A stretch of 47,374 nt of DNA, filler included, from Sphacelaria rigidula (GCA_964200075.2; 2 parts of 2 records of this genome joined end to end with filler, not necessarily neighbours in it); one strand, 5' to 3'. Positions 12,913 to 24,646 are shown, counted from the first letter of the whole stretch. The notes: generated from the letters alone by a model not told the origin. A program made the numbers and translations.

Positions 12913-13053
12913 CACACCCTAGATAATACAGTACACTGTCAAAAAGTGTACTGTGTACAGTATGGAATCTCTTGTCTATTGCAATAGACGCAATAGTCGA
13001 TACTGTACACAGCACACTTTTTTTTGTCAATGTAATCTGTGCCCTAGAGTGTG
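12913..13053. mobile_element. MITE-like fold-back element (family B related)
   Basis: Termini CACACCCTAG and CTAGAGTGTG. Internal inverted arms AAAAAGTGTACTGTGTACAGTAT and ATACTGTACACAGCACACTTTTT. Similar to 3373-3500. Confidence 0.7.
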
Positions 13054-14209
13054 GAAGGCTCACTGAATAGTAAGACTCGGTATAGGAGAAGTACGAGGAC
13101 AAGAGTGAGAGTAAAGGAACGGAAAAAGACCACAGTAACGAGAGACAGAACGGCAGGCCATGGGAGTCGGGTATTAATCTTACGTACTCTCCCTTGTTGC
13201 TGTTACACCAGTGGGGGATCACGGCTCTGTTTTTCTTCCCAGAATCTCCCAATTTTTCGGGGAGTAAAGAATCTCCAAAAAATGTGAGAGAAGATTTCTC
13301 CACTAGGTCAGGCAAAAAAACCATTTTTCCAAGACTGACTACGCACTTCGTCGAATATCCAGCGTCAGAACCCCTCGGCAATTTTGTTTCGGGAGAATTC
13401 GTGAGGGAAATATTCTATTTTTCGGAGAGGAAAAAATCTGAAGGAAAAAAAAGGCCCTGTTGATGAGACCGCTTGGTACTTCACAATTTCATGGCTGTTT
13501 TGCTTGGCAGGTCGTCAGTAGCAAATGAATCCCGTGATGTCAGGGAGGGCTGTGGAAGGTTTAGAGGGGCGGGAGAGCAAAAGACGGTGAATGAATGAGA
13601 TCCTGGTCGGTCTCCACTACTTCGTATTTACGTCACTTGTCGCGTAATGGGCACAGGAATTTCGTGCAGTGTGGACAGGGGGCTATCTTTCCCCCTCTCT
13701 TTGACGTTGCCATGCCATTCACCCCGAGTTTCGATCTGCCCACCTTGCGTCCCCAAACTACACTGTTGAAAAACACGGTAAACTGAGTCTGAATCATGAT
13801 GTTCCGGTCTTCGTAGGGCTGGCAGTCCGTAGGGCTCGCCCAGTATGCTCGGCACGTACTCTAGCTCATGTCGGCGGCGCCTATTTGAGCTCTCCCAACG
13901 CCTCCTTTTGCCTCAGGCATTGCGCGTATCCCCCTTGACCACGGGCTCTTGGTTTGTCGTGGGTTGGGATTGGGGTTAGGGGCAGCCTTGGGATTTGATG
14001 AGAAAAAAAAGCGCTCGATCATGGATTCGGGCAGCCGCTGTGGGAGAAGTCCCGTCGTTTTGCACAGATGGTACCGAATCTGTCGGACCTCTTGGGTCTT
14101 GTCGAGAGAAACGACGGTCACGTTTGTGTCGAAGCGGTAGCGAGGTGTGAACACTCGACACTTTCTAGGGTAGCCCCCCCCCCCCCAAAACAAAACAAAA
14201 CAAAACAAG

Positions 14210-14313
14210 CCTGGTCCGGCGAAAACCCGGCGTGCTCCGTCCTGGCTTTGTAGGGATGCGAGGTCACTGGTCTTATGACTATGGCATGCATGATCATGAG
14301 TACACTCCCCCCC
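14210..14313 (-). repeat. Dispersed repeat family A, copy 3
   Basis: CTGGTCCGGCGAAAACCCGGCGTGCTCCGT...GCATGCATGATCATGAGTACACTCCCC matches 1400-1495. Confidence 0.75.
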
Positions 14314-15542
14314 AAAAGTGCATGGATTTGAGAGACAAAATATTCACGTAAATCGAAATAGGAAAAGCCAAGCATAACGAGTAGCTGGAAATTCCCACGC
14401 TTGGGTTCGCTCTAGCCAATGTCGCCGATATGAGGCACTTCATGCAGCCTGAACCCAAGCATCGGGCGCTGTATGGCCATTTTTTTCGTGACGCTTCTTG
14501 GCTGGTTGTGGGAGGGGGGGCTATTGTAGAAAGTGTCGCTCATGTTTGCCGGGGGGAGGCTTGAGTGCAGTGCTTGCAGGGGTGTGTTCTGGGGTGAAAG
14601 GCGTCAAGAGTCGAGTACGGGTACGTTCAGTATTTCAGAGATATCCCGGAATATTCAGTAGGGAGGTTTTTAGCCGGCGTGCCCGGCACCCCGGAGTGAT
14701 CGTATTATCGGCAGTCGATACGATACCCTTGGTACCCAGGCATATTCAGTACCTACCCGAATCGCCTCTAGGGCATTGGATGCTTGAGTGGGTTGTTTGC
14801 GTTGTTTTTATGGAAATGCGCGGGTTCGGAGTTTGGTTATGACATCCCTCTGCAGCATAATGCAAAGGGGGAGAGGGGGGGGGAGGCACATGCTCGGGTG
14901 GCTTCCCGAATGGTATGGTGGTGATTGTGCGATTTTATTGCGGCATGCGCTGTGTAGCTTTCGTTGAATATTTTGACAGGACATGGCGGCGTAACTCGGC
15001 GTGGCGCGGTATTCGTAGATTCGGCGTGTACCCTCTTTCACAGGGTTCTTTTGTTTGTGTATCACGTACTTTTCTGTTTTTTTCCCTCAAAGGAAAAAGG
15101 AAACTTGACCCAACACTTACCCCGCCATGGAGTTCGTGTGGCGATTACTCGGAGGCTCGGCAAGATTGCCTCGCGGCATACAATCAGTCATGTGGGTTAG
15201 GCGCCTCGAGCGTTCGAATGTTTTGCTTAAGGCAAATGTGGGGGGTCTAACCCCCTTAGACCCCCTATTAACTTGGCGAAGTGCACGTGCCGCCCTACTC
15301 TTATAAGCGTGGACCCTAGGAACCTGGCACATGTGTGCTGTTGGATTCTGTTTTCGCGTTTGAATATGTTGATATGCGTCAAGCTGTTGACTTTTTCGTC
15401 TAGGCGTATCAGTACAGAAGCCCATAGTATACCCCTTGGCTGGCAGCGATTGGAGTGGCCACAGACCTAGAGGTGTGTACATAGCCTTGCGTATGATTCG
15501 GGATGGGGGGGTTGTTTTTTTTTCCGTGGCTACCGTAGGTGG

Positions 15543-16455
15543 CGGTGTACATCACCAGTACGTGAAATACCACCCAATGATTAACACTCCGAGTGATGAA
15601 AGTTCGGCTATTTTTGGGACCATGTCGGTATTCACGTACTGTATCGGGGTATGATTTATGTTGTCCTCCCCTTTACGGGATAAGGGTTCGATATGAGAGC
15701 AGTGAAACGGAGCAGGGTCATAATCCAACCCCAAGCCTCGTGGGGGAGGGGTTGATAAAGTAGTTGTCCTTCCCATAAAAAAACAACCACGAGGTGTTGA
15801 GTTTTCGGGTCTCAAGAACTCATCACCCCGGGGTCGTGTACCGCAAGCCTACGGTACGCAGGTATGCATGAAGGAGGTCGATGCGAAGTTGCTACTGCAT
15901 GCATCCATGCCTCTAGCTCTTTGGTTATGGGGCCGTCGATCGGTATACGTTAAACTAGGGATATGTACGTGGTCTGTATGCAGGTGGGTGGGGGGGGTTC
16001 CCATCGCCGTTGTACAGCTGGCTCGTGATCGCTACGCGTACGAGAGTTTTTAGATGAAGTGTTAGATCACATTTTTTTTCTTCTATTTTAATATTTCGCG
16101 CGTACGCGGTTATATAACCCGTCCTCTGGATCTCCCGCTTTGGGTGGCTGGACAAGACTTGAGGAATTGGAAACAAATGGGAAAATCAAGACGAAGGAAG
16201 ATGCATGACGCCATGTGCATCGAGACGAAGAGAAATTGGCGGACACAGTGGGGGGAAGGGGGAATGCTAGAATTGACGTGAACAGCAACAATGAGGAAGT
16301 ATTGTGGCTACTTGCCGTAGGAGACGGTGTAATGGTGTACTTTCACCGATACGTAAAATACTTCCCCTGTGGCTAAACCCGCCAGGTGATTTGGATGCCT
16401 TTGGCACCATGTCGGTATCAATATAACGGTGTTGGGGTACGTGGTTTATCACCCC
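15543..16455 (+). repeat. Two diverged direct copies of a ~120-nt dispersed repeat (15543-15665 and 16333-16455)
   Basis: Shared GGTGTAC..TCACC..TACGT.AAATAC and TTTGG.ACCATGTCGGTAT...GGGGTA...TTTAT. Confidence 0.6.
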
Positions 16456-17512
16456 TTTAAAGGCCACCGACGAGTGTCTAGTGGTTTGGTCTCAATAAGT
16501 TACGTTCCAGGCGTCGTGTTGTTGGTCACGTACTGTGCTTGTTTCCCCCAGGGTCGCTCTTTGACTGTGTTGCGTTTGAGTCGCCCTGAAGTGCATGACA
16601 CGAGAGATGGACGGAGAGAGGAGGGCAGGCAAAAATCTAAAGTGAGGGGATAACATAAAAAACAGAGAGAACAGTGCTGGGGAGGGGGGAGACGAGAGCA
16701 TGAAGAGAAAATGGCTCAACAATGACACAGTGCACACAAGCACCCCCATCCAACACCTGAAGAATGCCACATGGGTTCGGAAACCGACGACCAGACGTGG
16801 AAGAGACTATTGCGTTCGTAGGAAAACAGCTCTTGTGACGAACGGATGCTGGATATCCCACCGCTCCACACCCCGTTACGTTGAAAAGTGATGCACTTTC
16901 TCAGAAGAGCCCTGCCTCCTCTCCGTACATCGAGAGAAGATGGACACCGGCGGGCGACATGCTCGACAAGGAGCCCTATACATATTCCCCTCCTCCCCAC
17001 CAAACATCCCGCCCCTGCCCCCTGCGCCGCACTCCCTACTTCAACATCCCGCTATCCCCACTATACTAAACGCGCCGCCCCGTTCGCCCGCTCAATCCTG
17101 CGGCCATTTTTTTTTCACATGCAACTCGCAACATTTTCAACTGTGGTTCACCTACATCCCCTCTACAGGAATTATCCACGTTTTTTTATCTAATCGAAAT
17201 ACAAAATGAGCGCAAGGCCCACAAGTACGAACATCCCCGTCCGCCCCCCGGCGACACATGAATCAAGACCTACCGACTTTCACGAAGTCCTCTAACATGT
17301 TCTTACTACTCCTGTTCCCTCTCCGCGAAACTGCTCATCGCCTTTCATGCGCCTAACGTGCCGCTTTTTTGTTTTTGTTGCTCCACGTGTTCCTTGTCAC
17401 GTGACTACGCGGATCATTCCGATTGGATGGACGCACGAATGACCACACGCTTGACCACCGCATCCGCGGAAAATGGCGGAAAATGGCACTTTGCTGTTTC
17501 GTTGTACCCCAG

Positions 17513-17573
17513 TGCTCCGGTTGACGGTGGCGCGGAAAGTCAACAACAGGACGGCGGCGGGGCATCTGGCAAC
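17513..17573 (+). CDS. RBBP6: RBBP6-like gene, probable upstream exon (APVDGGAESQQQDGGGASGN)
   Basis: Pyrimidine tract and CAG acceptor ending 17512. GTGGGT donor at 17574. Ends in phase 0, matching the next exon. The peptide is low complexity, so the assignment rests on splice signals only. Confidence 0.5.
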
Positions 17574-20500
17574 GTGGGTATAGGTTTTGTCGTTTTGGGG
17601 CAGAACTCTTGTGTTCATCCCTTTGTATACCATATATTGTTGTCATTTTCCAGAGATCCCGTGGATGTATACCAACCCAAACGTCTGTGGCTTTTAGTGA
17701 TTCCTGTGATGAGAAAATGCCGCCGCGCTTCGGTAGTATCACTGGTACACTTACGGCGAGTGACGACGGAAGTACGAGTTAGGACCCCCACAAGAGACTT
17801 TTTTTAGAACAATGCGGCTTCCGTCGTTTGAGCAAGCTCGAGGACGCGAGTTGGAGAAGTAAAATTTGGACCAGAGTTGATGGGGTGTGATAGTGCTGGT
17901 GTAATCCTTACCATAAATGGAAGGCGCATCAAGCAGGTGTACTGTACCACTCTGTACCGGGGGGTGTACTCGTGATCTTGCATGCCATGCACTGTACAGG
18001 GGCAGAGATGGGTTGGTTGATATTTTGAGACCGACGGCGGAGTCGTCCCAAGAAAGGAGGGAGAAAGGTTTGAAGTGTGAGAAAAAAAAAAGGAAAAAGT
18101 ATGGCAGGTCATAGATTTTTGATAAGTGAGTTTGACCGCGCGACGGTGAAGTACCGTATCGTCAGGGACCGCACTGTATGATGATTCCGTACTAGATATT
18201 GTGCGGTGGCCACACTACCCCATATTACACGGTATAGTATAACACCCGCACGGTGAATAACACCCCCTGCCAAGAACAACCCCGGGCGATCGATTCACGA
18301 GGGGTTGTGGCGCCATGGTCTCATCTAGAGTATCGTATCGGGGTACGTTATTATACCTAACCCCTCCTTGATAGATCGCTGCAGATGACCGGTGTTTGGA
18401 TGCCCCAAAAGTATCATCCGTACGTGTACTGTGTCGGGATCGGACTGGCGGAGTTGCTACTGTACCCCGATTGGTGTGATAAGAAACCGCAGCGCGGTGG
18501 TAGGCAGAGTTTGGTTGGCCCTAGTTGACTTCCGCACCAATATATGTATCTCAAGGTCATGCCATCCCCTCTATTACTCTCGTTCGTTCCTGGAATTGTA
18601 ATCACGACGGGAGTGAGGTTGTCGTTTTTGCTTTTCAGTATTTTACTTCGTTTGTGTCTTCGTTGTCACGCCCCTTTTGTTTCCCGCCACTTATCTTTTT
18701 TTTAGCCAGCGTTTCCACTTTTTTTTTTGTTAAATCTTGGGCACGCTCATTTCGTGACCACGGCTCGGGCTCCTTCGTGGATAAGGTAGTGTTGTAGACT
18801 CTTCTCTTCTGGACGCCGGTCTACATCTTTCGGGATATCTGGGCGCATCAGTCGGGGCCACAGAGGAGGAAGGTTATCTTTTTTGTTTGTTTATAGTATC
18901 TCACCGTCCTTCTGCGGTGCTTTTTTTTTTTTATCGCGAGAGGGCTTCAGCACTCCCCTTCCCTCGTCAACCGTTCAGTCGGTTTTTGTGTACCCACGAC
19001 ATGGTCGCTCTGCACTGTTGGGCATGGTGTGAGAAAAAATCCCAGATCGCTCCGAGATTTGAATCCACGACCCAACCGTCAGAAGGCGTCGAGTTTACCA
19101 ACTGAGCCACCGGGACGACCGGTTAGTACGCAGCAGTCAATCGAATCTATCAAATGGTGTTCTGGTGCCCGCCGCGCTTAAGTTGTTACTGTGCCTTTTT
19201 TTTCTCAGCACCCTTCTCGTCCCTCGTTACCCTTGATCCGTGTGTGTGTGTGTTTGCTTTGGTCGAAATGGATAGGATGGGCAGGGCAATACGTCGGCGA
19301 AAACTCCAGCAGACGAGGAGGCGGCTCTGAACCTTCTCAACCAACAGGCGGGATCCATGAGGTACGTTTTCTTGTGTACCTTACGAAGGTAGGCCTACCA
19401 TACTGTACCACTTTATTGCTGACTGAACCACTTGGTGTGCCTTCTACGGGGCCGTGTAACGCCCCGTCATGGGACACCTACTGTGCCTATTTTTGTATAA
19501 TTTTCGGTATTACTGTCGTGATCCACTGTTGCTGTTGTTGTTATTGTCATTGTTCACGGTCTTGTTTTGGGTCAGGCATGGCTTCAGCAACCGCACGTGG
19601 AAGGCGGATGGTGGAGGCCCAGCCTCTAGTAGGACCATGACGTTCGGCGCGGGAAGGGGTCCTGGAGGGCCTGGCGGTCGAGGCGGCAGGTGAAGGAAAT
19701 GCCGTGGGTGCTCTATGGGATATACCACCCTGGATAAAAAGGGATCAACCTGTTTAATTTATGTATGAGTGAGCTCCCTCTCTGCCATGTTACCGTTTCA
19801 ATAATTGATTCATTGGTATGATCGTTGGTTGAGCGGTTGACTGACTAATTTGGCTTTTTGACGGACTGATTTAGCTGAGTGATTGGTTGCTTGATGAGTT
19901 ATTGTTGGCTCAGTTACTGTTTGACGGCAAGCAGTAGTAAAATTGTAGGAGTAGTAGGAGGAGTAGTAGGGTAGTATTCAATTCCAGCAAGTTTGTGTTC
20001 CTATGTGTACGTTTGGGCAAAGGAAACGTTTCTTGCTTCGACTGTGATTCAGGAGTGCTTATTCCTGCAGTATGAATATCTCAAATTATTTGACGGTTAG
20101 GACGAATCATCACGACTAAGAGTCACCCAATTCACGATTTCTTCGACTTGATTGCCCAAAAGGGAGAAAAAAGTTGACCGCTGGTCCAAGGGGTATCCAC
20201 GCAACGTTTGCGCCATGCCACGTGTCTGGGCTGCGTGTACCTGGGTTGCAACGCTGAAAACAAAGCTTGATGGCTGACTCGTACGGTACGAATCAGTTAC
20301 ACTTAGGTCAAGTAATTCATAGACGAATCATTATTTGTCCGGCCCTTTAATTATTCGTGTTAACTGCTCCGGTGTGAATCATGATCCGACCGTGATGATA
20401 AGGTAGACGTACCGAAGGGTAATAGAACCGAAACTGAACCACTTTCTGGACGAAGGTCCGACAAGGGGGCAAACGGAAAAAAAGAAAGGGGCACCAAACG

Positions 20501-23500
20501 GAGCATTTCGGCATACACATCCCGTGCTATACGGAGTACCTCACTCGGTCAGGAAGGACATTGTAATACCGCTACAGGCTCGATTTTTCTTGACTGAAGA
20601 TGGACAGGGAACGTTTTCCGCATTGTCAGAAATGAAAATCGATCCCGTTTTAACCCAAACATTCTTGACGAAAGATGTTTCCAGTCGATCGGTCTTGAAC
20701 GCCGCACTGCCGATACATGAGGTCAATCATCCCGTCCTCAACCGAGAAGATTTTGACGACATATTTTTTCCTATTTTTTTGGCGTTTACAATGCTTCTTT
20801 TTTTTTTCTTCATAATTTGATCGGTATTGCAATGTCGAACACTTTCCTCGACTACTACTACTGCTGCTACAACTACTACTGTGAATCCCCACAATCTGAG
20901 CAACGCGGTTTACCCGCAAATCTTCTCTCTCCCGATCGCGGGTCTGGATAAAGGGGCTAGGGTAATGACTTTGAAAGAACAACACGGCTACTGACCCGCA
21001 CAAAGTAGCTCATGAGGCCGGTGAGCGAGCACTACCATATTCCGTATAGGCCCGCCTGCTCCTATACAACACAACTTTGATCCCACCCCCCTCCACTGCG
21101 CCCCGAACCGTTGTGTGCGTGCGTGTGTGTGTGTGTTTCTTTCTGTCATGGTATGTCCGCGAATCACCAAAAAACATCAGGGGAGGGCCTAATAGCGTGC
21201 CCCCACCTGGACTGGACGGAAGAGGGGGAGGTGCCACCGGGAGGGGAGGGGGGCGAGGAGGTCCACAGGGGCGAGGATTTTACGGGGGAGGAGGGATGGG
21301 ACCTGGGGGAAACGGTGTACCACCCCCCGACTACCTCTGCAGGCGTTGCTTCAAGCCCGGTCACTTTATCCAGGAGTGCCCTACCAATGGTACGTCGAGC
21401 TTTTGTGTTGTTCGTGCCTCCTCATTCAATGTACATATTTCGCACGTGATAAAATATTTCATTCGTTCTTTTTATCCTTCATTTGCCCTCTTTGAGTAGT
21501 GCTGTTACTCGTAGGGTGAAGCTGATGGCAGGACGCTGGTATTCAATGACGGATGATGATCATTTCGGAACAGTTATTCATGTACGTGCATCTTTTTTTT
21601 TGGGGGGGGTATGTATATACATTCGTATGTATGGATATCTTTCATTCACCCCGGTGTTCAGGTATCATTGTTTTCTCCCCCCTTCGAGTAGTTTTACTCC
21701 TTGAATGTTCACCTCGGTAGTCCTTGTTGCCCGCAGGATTTATATTTCGCGCAGTATTATTCAGTTGAACAGGCTCATCACAATTTCAAATACCGTACAG
21801 CCTGCTGCGTGTTTGTCTGTTTTTCTTTCCAGTATTGCTCTCTCGATCAATCAGACGACCACATTTGGGGCGGTTTACACGGGTGCGCAACTGTACCCCG
21901 AAAATGTCCCGATAGTGCTCAGGTGTACCTTGACGTTATCCACTTCCCTTGGTAGTATTGGCCTTGCTGCATGGATATTGTGGTGGATCTGTAATCAGTG
22001 GTTACAATAGGTACGTTGATAGTCTATACATCCACCGCTTGCTTCATTTTGGTAATATTTCAGTTGATTCCGTTTTTTTCTGTAATTAAGCTGGAGTCTG
22101 AAACAAAAATGATGGAGGACTCCATGTCTTGTAAGGAATGAAGCAGGGGCGTTATCGGAAAGATGAGTCTACGTCTGTGACCACGGGTCCGAGAGATCGG
22201 ACTAATGTGCAAAAATAATAGTAATTAGTAATAAAAATATGGGTTGTAGGAGTGGCACGACTCCCCACCAGCGGAAGCCGTGGTGACATATTCTTCATCG
22301 TCATTTGATCAGGATATGATTTCGTGCCCAATGTCATCACACCTTGCCCTATTTACCACCCCCCTCGTCGACCCAATTTTGCAGACAATCCCACCTACGA
22401 GAGAAGTCGAGTGAAACGAGTAGTGGGCATACCCACATCCATGATCCAGGTTACGGAGGGCGGCGGTCCCCCCGTACCTGGGCGCAGCGGCGGATTGGTC
22501 AACGCGTCGGGGCAACTGGTTACGATTCGGCCTAACGATCAGGCCTTTCGGAAGCTCAAGGAGGTATGTGTAGAATGTGTATGTTTTGTAGGCAAACCAA
22601 CTGGTTTCGGTTGGTCGTTACGACCGGGCTCAAGCAGGTATGTATCTATGTCCACCGGAGGCCCTACCTCAGTGCGGGAGTATGAAGTGGGGGGTCCTAC
22701 TACAGTGCTGTAGAAATCACTTATCCACAGGCCCGATCCGCGATAGTAATATCAAGTGATTTGTACCGCAGCGGTAAAGTGCGGAATTCCGGCAAAGTGC
22801 GGTCATGCCTGGATAGTGAGCCACGTCACCGTTTTTAAGCAATCTTTCGCTGACGAGACATATGTTCCTATTTCTGGTATATCATGAGCATTTGGTGACG
22901 TGACCAAACCTACTGTTTTTCACTGTCTAAATGCACCCGTGCCGTTCGTGATTAAAAGACAATGGAAGGTATCATTATTATTATTTTATTATTATTTTTC
23001 GCACTTTGAGCCCCTCCCGTTCCTCGGGATTAGTCCGTTGTCTCAAAGGATCAACTCATCTCGCCCCAGTACGGAATATAATACAACTATGATGATACGT
23101 ATCTTGTTTATTTTATTTAACACCAGAGTATATGTATTCCGACGCACTCGGTGCAAAATCATATATGCGCCTACGCGCCCGTCCCCACATACTGTAGCAT
23201 CAACGAGCAAAAAATAGTATGCACAGATAAACATGGACCCTTAACCCCACTTCCTCCTCCCCCCCCCAAAAAACTTGACGTTCCTCATGACCCCGGATTT
23301 CCAGTTCGGCGGTGGACAGTCCGTTCAAGGACTGCTGGACAGGCTCTCCAAGACCGCGCCGGCGCACCTCAAGTGCCCGATATGCTTCAAGATCATGTCC
23401 GACGCGGTTATCGTGCCATGTTGTCACAAGAGTACCTGTGACTCGTGCGTGCGCCGTGCGCTGGGGGCCTCCCCTGACATGTCGTGTCCGCTCTGCAAGA

Positions 23501-23537
23501 CGAGGGATGTACGCCCGGACAGCTTGTTGCCCAACAT
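17513..23537 (+). CDS. RBBP6: RBBP6/Mpe1-like E3 ligase and mRNA 3'-end processing factor (partial multi-exon gene; 5' exons not found, 3' end cut by contig end)
   Basis: Six GT-AG exons join with consistent phases: 17513-17573, 19276-19361, 19576-19689, 21181-21389, 22385-22563, 23305-23537. The product has a zinc knuckle PPPDYLCRRCFKPGHFIQECPTND, then KRVVGIPTSM, then the RING CPICFKIMSDAVIVPCCHKSTCDSC...CPLC. This is the RBBP6/Mpe1 domain order and motif set. Confidence 0.9.
17959..17988 (+). repeat. Family A terminal fragment
   Basis: GGGGGGTGTACTCGTGATCTTGCATGCCAT matches the family A 5' end. Confidence 0.6.
18921..19122 (-). mobile_element. tRNA-derived SINE in an RBBP6 intron
   Basis: Minus strand shows an A box TGGCTCAGTTGG and a B box GGATTCAAATC, a non-tRNA body, a GAGGGAAGGGGAGTGCTGAAG 3' motif and an A-rich tail. 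Confidence 0.8.
19276..19361 (+). CDS. RBBP6: RBBP6-like gene exon (DGQGNTSAKTPADEEAALNLLNQQAGSM)
   Basis: TAG acceptor, GTACG donor, phase 2 end. The acidic DEE..L..L.QQ helix resembles the segment preceding the zinc knuckle in RBBP6/Mpe1. Confidence 0.75.
19576..19689 (+). CDS. RBBP6: RBBP6-like gene exon (HGFSNRTWK...GRGPGGPGGRGG)
   Basis: CAG acceptor, GTGAAG donor. Phase 2 at both ends, consistent with the neighbouring exons. Gly/Arg-rich. Confidence 0.75.
21181..21389 (+). CDS. RBBP6: RBBP6-like gene exon: RGG-rich region and CCHC zinc knuckle
   Basis: CAG acceptor at 21178-21180, GTACG donor at 21390. Encodes C-x2-C-x4-H-x4-C (CRRCFKPGHFIQEC) followed by PTN. Confidence 0.92.
22385..22563 (+). 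CDS. RBBP6: RBBP6-like gene exon: post-knuckle region (NPTYERSRVKRVVGIPTSM...PNDQAFRKLKE)
   Basis: CAG acceptor, GTATG donor. The GIP motif after the knuckle is typical of RBBP6/Mpe1. Starts in phase 1, ends in phase 0. Confidence 0.88.
22972..23072 (-). repeat. Retroposon 3'-tail repeat family, copy 2, with (AAT)n tail
   Basis: Minus strand reads GAGATGAGTTGATCCTTTGAGACAACGGACTAATCCCGAGGAACGGGAGGGGCTCAAAGT, then AAT repeats. Confidence 0.65.
23305..23537 (+). CDS. RBBP6: RBBP6-like gene exon: RING finger
   Basis: CAG acceptor at 23302-23304, GTGAG donor at 23538. Encodes LKCPICFKIMSDAVIVPCCHKSTCDSCVRRALGASPDMSCPLC...LLPN. Confidence 0.92.
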
Positions 23538-23651
23538 GTGAGATCTTTTTCTTCTGTTTTTTTTTTTTTTCTCGTCGGCCAGCTAGTTGTTTGTGGTGAC
23601 TACGACCAACCAGCATAATGTACATAATTTTTTTTTTTTTTCTTCCTTTTT

Positions 23652-23751
23652 NNNNNNNNNNNNNNNNNNNNNNNNNNNNNNNNNNNNNNNNNNNNTTAAT
23701 TAATTAANNNNNNNNNNNNNNNNNNNNNNNNNNNNNNNNNNNNNNNNNNNN
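23652..23751. other. Artificial contig-joining linker (44 N + TTAATTAATTAA + 44 N)
   Basis: Exactly 100 nt and symmetric. The central TTAATTAATTAA (23696-23707) gives stop codons in all six frames, a known pseudomolecule spacer design. The flanking contigs are 23651 and 23623 nt long. Confidence 0.95.
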
Positions 23752-24330
23752 ACGGTCAGGTGATCAAAATTCCCCCCTGTTGTTCGGTCGCTCAGCTGTT
23801 TTTTGTTGAAAATCCGTGTTCGGCCAAAAATGAAAGTGCGGCCAGCGGGGAATGCAAAGTTGCCCTGGAACGGCTTCAATGAGTAGTGCAAGTCATTCCA
23901 AGGCGTCAACAGCCGCCTAGCCCTCTTTTCAGGCGAAAAACGACAGAGAAGGGCCACACAGGCAGCTTTCGACTGGAATTTTGAATGGCTCCTATTAGAG
24001 TCGGTCTTACGAGGAAAGAATAATTTTGAGAAACATTTGGTGAGAACGGAGGAACATTCCCATGACAGTGCGAAAGGCAACCTAACATGGTTACCTTGCG
24101 CGGGCTATTCGGCTCATGATTACACACAGATACGAGGCGACGTGAGGAAATGTACGTAGACAATGGTTGTAACTATGGAGATGCAGCCAATTCTAACGCT
24201 AACCCTAACCCCGACTAATACCGAGAACCCTCGGACAAGGAGTTGTAGAATGTTTCGTAGCCAAAGTGTGCGTTGCCAGAGCTAAAATCGACGCCTTTCA
24301 GCTGATTTTGGACCAAAACACGTTATGGAC
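23752..24330. mobile_element. Probable transposon terminal region at the start of contig 2, with a short telomere-like CTAACC tract
   Basis: Non-coding sequence starting ACGGTCAGGTGATCAAAATTCCCCC. CTAACGCTAACCCTAACCCC lies at ~24193-24212. The right boundary is uncertain. Confidence 0.35.
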
Positions 24331-24548
24331 AAGCTGGGTCTACTGCTCACCACTGCTCACCTGCCCCAGACCATGAATTGTCTCAGAACTTTCTCGAGTC
24401 TGAAATCAAGTAAAATCGAGTACCAACCATTGTATACGTACATTTCCTGAGGTCTACTGATAAATACACACACCCGACGTGCACAGGAGCATAAAGGGCA
24501 GCGCACAGCTTTACAATTTCTCCCAGCACTTTCGCCGAGGGAGAAAGT

Positions 24549-24607
24549 GTGGACCCGTTGGCATTGTCGCACGGACGGAGTGTGGACCGTCTCTCGCGCC
24601 AGAAAGT

Positions 24608-24646
<39 letters not shown>

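Noticed and set aside
19041..19122. tRNA gene (A and B boxes, minus strand)
   Set aside because: No canonical cloverleaf, and the sequence continues into a body and poly-A tail, so it is a SINE head. The B boxes at 12103, 31858 and 37016 are rejected as tRNAs on similar grounds.
24193..24212. True telomere
   Set aside because: Only about three imperfect CTAACC units, internal to the contig.
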